DNA of 64,000 bases from an uncultured delta proteobacterium (lineage in GTDB: Bacteria; Myxococcota_A; Polyangia; Fen-1088), in assembly GCA_963782545.1 (NCBI GenBank), contig CAWAKD010000001.1, forward strand, positions 8,118-72,117, written 5' to 3'. The translations under genes and the position numbers were made by a program. Shown piece after piece: positions 57,554 to 64,000 of the stretch (positions within the stretch are counted from its first letter, which is position 1; every line of letters begins with the position of its first letter). The notes beneath the pieces were generated by a model that worked only from the letters and a program-made list of their open reading frames with translations, made no database searches and was not told the origin of the DNA.

Positions 57554-59500
57554 ATGAGCAAGCAGTCGCATCTTCTGGTTCTCACGCTCGCGCTGGCCGG
57601 TCTGGCCTGTTCGGGGGCCAGCGAAGGTGGCCCTGGCGGCTCGGGTGGCGTGGGCGACATGGGCGGCGGTTGTTCCGTGGGCAGCGGCGGCGCCGCGGTC
57701 GATGGTGGCGAAATCACGGAAGCCGGTTGGGATGAGGTGGACGGCGGGACGGGCGTAGACGGCTCGACTGCCAGCGCCCCCTACCCGTCCCAGGGATGCA
57801 TCGACCGCGCAAACGCCCTGCTGTGCCAAATGACCGCCGACGAGAAGTACGCACAGATGTTGCAAATGGAGCGGGCGGCGCTCAGCACCCAGCTCGTTAC
57901 CCAGGACGGCGTCGGCTCGGGCTTCAGCCAGGGCGGCTCGGCTCCCTCGACCAACTCGCCCGCGGGATGGGCGGACATGACCGACGGCTACCGACAGGCC
58001 GCGCTGGCGAGCCGACTCAAGATCCCCTTCCTGTACGGCGCCGACGAGGTACACGGGATCGGCACGGTGAAGGGCGCCGTGGTGTTCCCGCACAACATCG
58101 GCCTCGGCGCCACGCGCGACACGGCGTTGCTCGGGGAGATCGCAACCATCACGGCCAGGGAGAGCCTCGGCTGCGGCGTGGACTTCGACTTCTCGCCGGT
58201 GGTGGCGGTCGCGCTCGACGAGCGCTGGGGACGCACCTACGAGTCCTTTGGCGAGACGCCCGACCTGCCCTCGACCATGGGCGCAACCATGGTCAATGGG
58301 CTGCAGTTCACGCCGACGGGGGCGCCCACCGGCATCCTCGCCTGCGCCAAGCACTACCTCGGCGACGGCGGCACGGCGGGCGGCGTGAATGCCGGCGACG
58401 TCGCGGGCGACGAGACCACCCTGCGCGCCATCCACCTTACCCCCTATCGCGCCGCGGTCGCGGCCCGGGTCGGTTCGATCATGGCGTCTTACAGCACCTG
58501 GCAGGGAACCAAGATGCACGTCAACAAGACCATGCTCACCGACGTGCTCAAGGGCGAGCTCGGTTTCGGGGGGTTCGTCATCTCCGACTTCAACGCCTGC
58601 TTCCAGCTCGGGCTGTCGAATCAGGCTGGCCTGGGCCAGTGCCTCAACGCGGGCGTGGACATGTTCATGACCTACAACCAGACCATCCCGACCATGCTGG
58701 GCTACTTCGAGAACCTGATGAAGGCCGGGACGATCACGCAAGGGCGCCTCGACGATGCCGTCCGGCGCATCCTGGCCGTGAAGTGCGAGCTGGGGCTTTT
58801 CGAGTCGAGTGGCCTGGTCGATCGCACGCTCACCGCCGAGGTCGGCTCCGCGACGCACCGGCAGGTGGCGCGACAGGCGGTGCAGGAATCCCTGGTGCTC
58901 CTCAAGAACGATGGCGCCGTGCTGCCGCTGGCGAAGACCGCCACGGTGGCGCTCGGTGGCAAGAGCGCGGACAACACCGGCAATCAGTGCGGCGGATGGA
59001 CCATCACCTGGCAGGGCGCGTCCGGCAACAACGTGCCGGGGGCGACCAGCGTGCGCCAGGCCTTCGAGGCCGTGCTGGGCGCGACCCAGGTGAAGTACTC
59101 CCTCGATGGATCGAGCACGTCGGGCGCCACCGTCGGCGTCGCCGTGATCGGCGAGACCCCCTATGCCGAAGGCAAGGGAGACAGCACCGATCTCACGGTA
59201 TCCGCCGCCGACGTGAACGTGGTCAAGGCCATGAAGCAGGCGGGGCTGCCCACGGTGGTCGTGCTGATCGCCGGGCGCCCGATGATTCTCGATCCGCTGA
59301 TGAGCTACGCGGACGCCATCGTGGTGGCGTGGCTACCGGGCAGCGAGGGGGCCGGCATCACGGACGTCCTGTTCGGGGATGTCAAGCCGTCGGGCAAGCT
59401 GCCGCAAACCTGGCCGCGCTCGATGGCGCAGATCCCCATCAACGTCGGCGACGCCACCTACGATCCGCTCTATCCCTACGGATACGGCTTGAGCTACTGA
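57554..59500 (+). CDS. Glycoside hydrolase family 3 (exo-beta-glucanase/ExoI-like) lipoprotein
   Basis: Signal ...LTLALAGLAC. ...MTADEKYAQMLQ..., FPHNIGLGATRD, WGRTYESFGE, GFGGFVISDF and GETPYAEGKGD are GH3 blocks. Confidence 0.9.
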   Translation: MSKQSHLLVLTLALAGLACSGASEGGPGGSGGVGDMGGGCSVGSGGAAVDGGEITEAGWDEVDGGTGVDGSTASAPYPSQGCIDRANALLCQMTADEKYAQMLQMERAALSTQLVTQDGVGSGFSQGGSAPSTNSPAGWADMTDGYRQAALASRLKIPFLYGADEVHGIGTVKGAVVFPHNIGLGATRDTALLGEIATITARESLGCGVDFDFSPVVAVALDERWGRTYESFGETPDLPSTMGATMVNGLQFTPTGAPTGILACAKHYLGDGGTAGGVNAGDVAGDETTLRAIHLTPYRAAVAARVGSIMASYSTWQGTKMHVNKTMLTDVLKGELGFGGFVISDFNACFQLGLSNQAGLGQCLNAGVDMFMTYNQTIPTMLGYFENLMKAGTITQGRLDDAVRRILAVKCELGLFESSGLVDRTLTAEVGSATHRQVARQAVQESLVLLKNDGAVLPLAKTATVALGGKSADNTGNQCGGWTITWQGASGNNVPGATSVRQAFEAVLGATQVKYSLDGSSTSGATVGVAVIGETPYAEGKGDSTDLTVSAADVNVVKAMKQAGLPTVVVLIAGRPMILDPLMSYADAIVVAWLPGSEGAGITDVLFGDVKPSGKLPQTWPRSMAQIPINVGDATYDPLYPYGYGLSY

Positions 59501-59572
59501 CGCCCGTCGAGATATCGAGCACCGCGGTCGGGGACCTGACCGTGACGCAAACCGAGTGGCCTGATATGGCGA

Positions 59573-61171
59573 CTATTCGCTTCCCCCTGGTTCCGGAATC
59601 TTGAGGAAGAGCGCGTGCCGTGGGTTGGACAGGGCCAGGCGAAAGCCGAAACTGGCCGGTTCGTGCTCGAAACGAGCAAATTCGGGATCGCGGCGAACGC
59701 CAGAGTACTTGCGGAAGTTGTCGCTGACCAGAATGGCATTCGCATTCACCTCGCGGAGGTATTCGGCGAATGGCGTGGTCGCGGGTTTCTTCAGCAGCCA
59801 CAACGCCCTGCACCTTTCCAGGTCCACGTAGGTGCACCAGCCGCCATCCGCTTCGAGCATCCGCCATTGCGGATTCGGTCCCTGCCGCGACCAGATCGAG
59901 CGCAGGCCTGCTACGGTGGCGGCATTGGGTAGGGCCGACGAGCGGGTCGCTGGCACGACCCAAAGTGCAAGCGTCACGGCTGCACACACGCCTACGCCCA
60001 TGCGCTCACCGACCGCCGCGCCACCGAGTGAACGCGCAACGCGGGCCATGCCCATGAGGATCAACAACAGGATCGGCAAGGCATAGACCGCTTTCGGTTT
60101 TGCCAATAAGCTGGGCAGCGCAGACGCACACGCCACAAGCAGCAGCGTTGGAACGCGCCAGGCGACAGGCTGCGGCCATCTCCGGCGCATGCCGACGGCA
60201 AGTAGCAGACCGGAAAGAATCGCGGGCCCGACCACCCGACCGGGCAGGGCGGGGGATGCCACGAGCGTGACAAGCAGACTCGGATACCCGAGAAGGTTGC
60301 CAGCCACGTGATGCAAGACCTCGCGGGGGTTGGTCAACAGGGCGTCGCCTAGGGAATGGGCGCCGGGAAAACTGACAGCCATCGCTTGCCCCCAGTCTGC
60401 CCAAGGTTCAGGGAGCAGCGCGGGGTGTTCGGCTGCCCAGCGCAAAGCATAGTGCTGGCCAAAAGCGACCCAGATACGTTCGCCTCCCAACCCCGGAATG
60501 GCTCCGGTCAAGGCCAGCAAGGCAACGACGGGCACGCCTCCCACCACCACAATCCGTGCACGGCGTCCGAGCCTGGACCAGCCTCGGATCAACAACCAGA
60601 GTAGCGCAGCCAACAGGTATTCGGGGCGAGAGAGTGCCGCGGCTACGATCAGCAGGAGAGCCCAGGTGCGTCGGCCGCGGTATTCGGCCAGCACCGCCAG
60701 CAAGACGAATAGGAGCGCGAAGAAGCCGACCCTCGGTGGATCCGACGCACAGACAAGGGCGCTCCAGTACGCGGCCACGAGGTAAGAAAATAGTCCACTG
60801 GCCCCCCCAGCGCGCACCACGCAATAGACCGAGACCGCAAGCAGAAGGTCGATCAGCAACCACTGACCGTAGAGAACGATGATCGGATCGTGCACGACGA
60901 GATGCCACAGGGCGTACCAGATGACATAGAGGAAACTGCCAGGCAGCACGGTGTGGATATCGCCGTGGTGGAGCAGGCGCCAGCCCGAAGCCAAATACTC
61001 GGTCTCGTCCCACAGCGGTATGTCAGTGCGGTCGAGGAAACCTCGACGAAGCGCAAGCCATGAAGCTGCCAAACATAGGATCGGTGCCACGGCTGGCCAT
61101 GACGCACGCCGAAGTCGCTGCGCCAAAGACAGCGATGGTGAGCCTTCGGCGCGCGGAATTTCGCTGCTCAT
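59573..61171 (-). CDS. Polytopic membrane protein (GT-C-like topology), family unknown
   Basis: About 12 hydrophobic helices, an N-terminal ...DIPLWDETEYLASGWRLL... loop and a soluble C-terminal ~110 aa. High GC3. Confidence 0.55.
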   Translation of the reverse strand: MSSEIPRAEGSPSLSLAQRLRRASWPAVAPILCLAASWLALRRGFLDRTDIPLWDETEYLASGWRLLHHGDIHTVLPGSFLYVIWYALWHLVVHDPIIVLYGQWLLIDLLLAVSVYCVVRAGGASGLFSYLVAAYWSALVCASDPPRVGFFALLFVLLAVLAEYRGRRTWALLLIVAAALSRPEYLLAALLWLLIRGWSRLGRRARIVVVGGVPVVALLALTGAIPGLGGERIWVAFGQHYALRWAAEHPALLPEPWADWGQAMAVSFPGAHSLGDALLTNPREVLHHVAGNLLGYPSLLVTLVASPALPGRVVGPAILSGLLLAVGMRRRWPQPVAWRVPTLLLVACASALPSLLAKPKAVYALPILLLILMGMARVARSLGGAAVGERMGVGVCAAVTLALWVVPATRSSALPNAATVAGLRSIWSRQGPNPQWRMLEADGGWCTYVDLERCRALWLLKKPATTPFAEYLREVNANAILVSDNFRKYSGVRRDPEFARFEHEPASFGFRLALSNPRHALFLKIPEPGGSE

Positions 61172-61315
61172 TCGCGGGTTACCTGGACAAGCACATCGCG
61201 GACTCGATCATTCGATGTGTATCGTCGCCCGGAATCCCGGTCACGTCCACACGGCAATGCTGGAAGTGCGGGAATTTGCCAGGGGCACCTCGGCTGGTCA
61301 TAGTGGTTCCCAGGC

Positions 61316-61567
61316 ATGGCCGTTTGGTTCGTCTACGTCGTGCGCTGTCGCGACGGCACCTTGTACACGGGAATCAGCCGTGACGTGGATGCCCGCGTGG
61401 CCAAGCACAACCAGGGCAAGGGTGCCCGCTACACGCGTGGGCGTGGGCCGGTCGCCCTCTTGCACAGCGAGCGCAAGTCGAGCCACGCGGCGGCCCTGCG
61501 CCGGGAGGCCGCCATCAAGGCATTGCCACGCGCCCGGAAACTTGCGCTGGCCGGAGGTCCCCTGTGA
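61316..61567 (+). CDS. GIY-YIG nuclease-family protein (YhbQ/UPF0213-like)
   Basis: WFVYVVRCRDGTLYTGISRDVDARVAKHNQGKGARYTRGRGP is the GIY-YIG core. Confidence 0.8.
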   Translation: MAVWFVYVVRCRDGTLYTGISRDVDARVAKHNQGKGARYTRGRGPVALLHSERKSSHAAALRREAAIKALPRARKLALAGGPL

Positions 61568-62286
61568 TACGGGTTCTGCTGGTCGCGGTCGTCCTGTCGC
61601 CGGCAGCCGCACGCCCCGATGGCCGGCTGGCCCGGGCCGCGGCCAAGCAGAGCGACCGCGTGCTGGTTCCGGCCGGTCCCTTCGTGCGCGGTTCCACGCG
61701 CGGCGCCGACGACGAGCGGCCAGTGAGAGTGAAGACCCTGCCGGCCTTTCGCATCGACCGCACCGAGGTCACGCGCGCCATGTACGGGCGTTGCGTGGCC
61801 GCGCGCCGATGCAAACCCCTGCCCATCGATCTGGCCTCGGAGCCGGACCTGCCCGTCACCAACGTCAACTGGCGCGAAGCGCGGGCCTTCTGTGCCTTCG
61901 CCGGCGGGCGTTTGCCCACGGAAGACCAATGGGAGAAGGCGGCGCGCGGCAGCGACGGTCGAGAATACCCCTGGGGGGGAGACCTCGATTGCACCCATGC
62001 CAACTGGGGTGATTTCGAAAATGAAGGCCCGTGCGCGGGAAAGAACCCCGGCAGGCCGGTGGCCGTGGGCAGCTATCCCCAAGGCGCCAGCCCGTTCGGC
62101 GTCCTCGATATGGCCGGCAATGTCTGGGAATGGGTGGCGGACAGATATGATCGGGACCCCTCGCGCCGGGTTGTGCGCGGCGGCTCTTGCTGTAGCTACT
62201 TCGTAAAGCCGCGGGCCGCCAATCGCAATGCCTGGGATCCCAGCCATCGCGACGGCGACCTGGGCTTTCGCTGTGTGAGCCGATGA
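61564..62286 (+). CDS. Formylglycine-generating-enzyme (SUMF1/FGE-sulfatase) family protein
   Basis: ...FRIDRTEVT...Y..C......LPVTNVNWREARAFCAFAGGRLPTEDQWEKAARG.DGREYPWG......GASPFGVLDMAGNVWEWVADRY......RGGS. GTG 61564 overlaps the upstream stop (GTGA). Confidence 0.85.
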   Translation: MIRVLLVAVVLSPAAARPDGRLARAAAKQSDRVLVPAGPFVRGSTRGADDERPVRVKTLPAFRIDRTEVTRAMYGRCVAARRCKPLPIDLASEPDLPVTNVNWREARAFCAFAGGRLPTEDQWEKAARGSDGREYPWGGDLDCTHANWGDFENEGPCAGKNPGRPVAVGSYPQGASPFGVLDMAGNVWEWVADRYDRDPSRRVVRGGSCCSYFVKPRAANRNAWDPSHRDGDLGFRCVSR

Positions 62287-64000
62287 AACGATCGTGGCTC
62301 ATTCTTTCCCTGCTTATCGCCGCGTCGGCGTGGGGCGGATCGGCCAGGGCGCGAAAGAGCGCGGCAAAAGTTCCGGCAAAGTCGCTGGCCAAGAACGGGA
62401 CCAAGGGGCACGCCAAGGTCCAGACCAAGTCCCCCGCAAAGATCGAGGCGCCCGCACGCAAGGCCCGCAAGGACTCCAGGAAGCCCACCTGCAAGACCTC
62501 GATCAAGACCAAGAAGACAACGCCCGCCGCGCCGCCTGCCAACGAGGTGGCCAAGCCATCGGAGAGCGACCCCGACCGCGAGCGCATCGTCCGCTTGCAG
62601 GAAGCGCTGGACGGCATCGTCCACGGCAAAGTGCTCGGCCGGGTGCGGGTCGGCATGAGGGTTGAAGATCTTTCGAGCGGGCGCGTTCTCTACGGGTGGC
62701 GGAGCGGCGTCCTCATGGATCCCGCGTCCAATCAGAAGATCCTGGGCACCTCCACCGCGCTTCTGCGCCTGGGCGACACCTATCGCTACCGCACCGAAGT
62801 GACCGGGCCTGGGCCCGATGTCGAAGGGAATATCGCGGGCGATATCGTGATTCGCGGCAGCGGCGATCCTTCCCTGCGGCTTCGCCACATCAATGCCATG
62901 GCCGAATCGCTGGCCGCGCAGGGAGTGACTCGCGTGTCCGGCGACGTCTTGGGCGATCCCCGGCGCATCGGCTCGGACGAGTTCGGACAAGTCGGTCGCC
63001 CACCCCTGCGCGTGGGTTCGAGCTCGATCGAGGTGCACGTGCGTCCTGGGGCCAAGTCGGGAAGTCGCCCTTCCATTTCGATCCGTCCGGCCTCGGATGC
63101 CTTCGCGATCGTCAACCACGCCGAAACACGCTCGAGGGGGCGAAGCCGCGTAAAGGTAGAGGTGGAGCGGACCGGGCACCGCTACCAGGTCGTGGTCAGC
63201 GGAAAGGTAACCATCGCCAGGGGCGAGGTCGTCATGCGCAAGGCTCCAGCGAACGCCCCCTTCTTCGCCGCCTTCCTCCTGCGCCATGCACTCATCCAAG
63301 CCGGCATCGACGTTGCTGGCGGAGCGGGGCTCTACACCGGCGAGACCCCCGATCGCGTCTCGATCTCGCCTGTGCTCGACGGAACCATGGTTGCGCTCGC
63401 GCCCCAGAGCAGCGACAGTCCGCCGCCTCTCGACCAGCGCCTCGTGAAAAGGTCGGCCGAGCTCCTGGCCGTGCACGAATCCGAGCCGCTTGCGATTCTC
63501 TTGCGTAGGGTCAACAAGCACTCGGACAACGAATGGGCGGAGCGCGTGCTCGAAACCGTTGGCGCCGAGGTCCTCGGTGGAGCGCCGACGACCGCGAAAG
63601 GCGTGCGCGTCTTGCGCGAGTCGCTGGAGGAGATGGGGCTTCCGACGGACGCATTCTTGCCCGCCAACGGATCGGGCCTCGGCCACCACAACCGGGTGAC
63701 TGCCGCGGGCATGGCGGCTCTCTTGCGGCACATCTACTTCAATCCGCGCATCGGTCCCGAGATGATGCAGTCGCTTTCGGTCGGTGGCGTGGACGGTACC
63801 ACCAGGAATCGCTTTCGCGGTACCGCCGAGGCGCATCGCGTGCGAGCCAAGACCGGCACGCTTACCGGGGTTTCCTGCCTGTCCGGGTACGTCGGCGATG
63901 GTGCGGATGTCCTGGTGTTTTCGATCCTGGTCGAGGGACAGAGGAAGCGCGCGCTGCCCTCCGTGCGAGCGGCTCAGGTGAGCGCGGTTGGCGCCATGAT
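62283..64000 (+). CDS. dacB: D-alanyl-D-alanine carboxypeptidase/endopeptidase (PBP4, peptidase S13), 3' end outside window
   Basis: Not in the supplied ORF track because there is no stop before the window end. My translation from ATG 62283 reads MKRSWLILSLLIAASAWGGSARA..., with SxxK (DPASNQK), SxN (KHSDNEWAE) and KTG (RAKTGTLTG). The ATG overlaps the upstream stop (ATGA). Confidence 0.85.
   Translation, partial: MKRSWLILSLLIAASAWGGSARARKSAAKVPAKSLAKNGTKGHAKVQTKSPAKIEAPARKARKDSRKPTCKTSIKTKKTTPAAPPANEVAKPSESDPDRERIVRLQEALDGIVHGKVLGRVRVGMRVEDLSSGRVLYGWRSGVLMDPASNQKILGTSTALLRLGDTYRYRTEVTGPGPDVEGNIAGDIVIRGSGDPSLRLRHINAMAESLAAQGVTRVSGDVLGDPRRIGSDEFGQVGRPPLRVGSSSIEVHVRPGAKSGSRPSISIRPASDAFAIVNHAETRSRGRSRVKVEVERTGHRYQVVVSGKVTIARGEVVMRKAPANAPFFAAFLLRHALIQAGIDVAGGAGLYTGETPDRVSISPVLDGTMVALAPQSSDSPPPLDQRLVKRSAELLAVHESEPLAILLRRVNKHSDNEWAERVLETVGAEVLGGAPTTAKGVRVLRESLEEMGLPTDAFLPANGSGLGHHNRVTAAGMAALLRHIYFNPRIGPEMMQSLSVGGVDGTTRNRFRGTAEAHRVRAKTGTLTGVSCLSGYVGDGADVLVFSILVEGQRKRALPSVRAAQVSAVGAM

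Noticed and set aside
62196-63836. Long antisense ORFs in the track. Examples: 62196..63836(-), 49859..51616(-), 9448..11001(-), 57395..58858(-), 48476..49741(-), 44045..45214(+), 45278..46516(+), 19518..20789(+), 38765..39982(+).
   Set aside because: These are typical high-GC shadow ORFs. They are Arg/Gly/Pro/Ala-rich with no motifs, and each lies opposite a gene with clear family signatures and correct GC3 bias.

Overview
High-GC (roughly 68-70%) bacterial chromosomal segment. It is most consistent with a myxobacterium (Myxococcota): a MYXO-CTERM-type sorting tail, many Gly-rich lipoproteins, an FG-GAP propeller, a giant S8 protease and several GT-C-type glycosyltransferases. I support about 55 protein genes and found no rRNA, tRNA or CRISPR. 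Core genes include glgC, aspartate kinase, comM-recA, amt, an ABC-2 exporter and a PBP4-type peptidase. PBP4 (62283-64000) is missing from the supplied ORF track because it runs off the window. The main result is two accessory insertions, each bracketed by direct repeats that duplicate the 3' end of the flanking core gene. (i) 12188-17707: 169-bp repeats duplicating the glgC tail. Cargo is two paralogous Cys-repeat proteins, a lipoprotein, a TIMP-like C-x-C protein and a HepT/MntA toxin-antitoxin pair. No integrase is present. (ii) 31803-36135: 26-31-bp repeats duplicating the tail of a DUF1295 reductase-like gene. Cargo is a DUF4258/YgiT toxin-antitoxin pair, a DHFR-family gene and gene debris (a TMEM175 fragment, a nucleotidyltransferase fragment, a CHAP fragment and an IS91 relic). 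Other notable items are listed here. A TMEM97/EXPERA - SDR - steroid-reductase-like operon sits near a sterol-desaturase-family gene. A small membrane protein ends in 31 consecutive prolines. A 1785-aa S8 protease carries a 1.11-kb internal duplication (NIDO-like modules) and six PKD-like repeats. There is a GH30/GH3/porin beta-glucan-type cluster and a GT4/flippase-like/GT-C-like envelope-glycan cluster. At least five genes carry single-base frame breaks, three of them at 2-nt homopolymers, so assembly indel error is a serious alternative to true pseudogenisation. All family calls come from reading motifs by eye; no database search was run.
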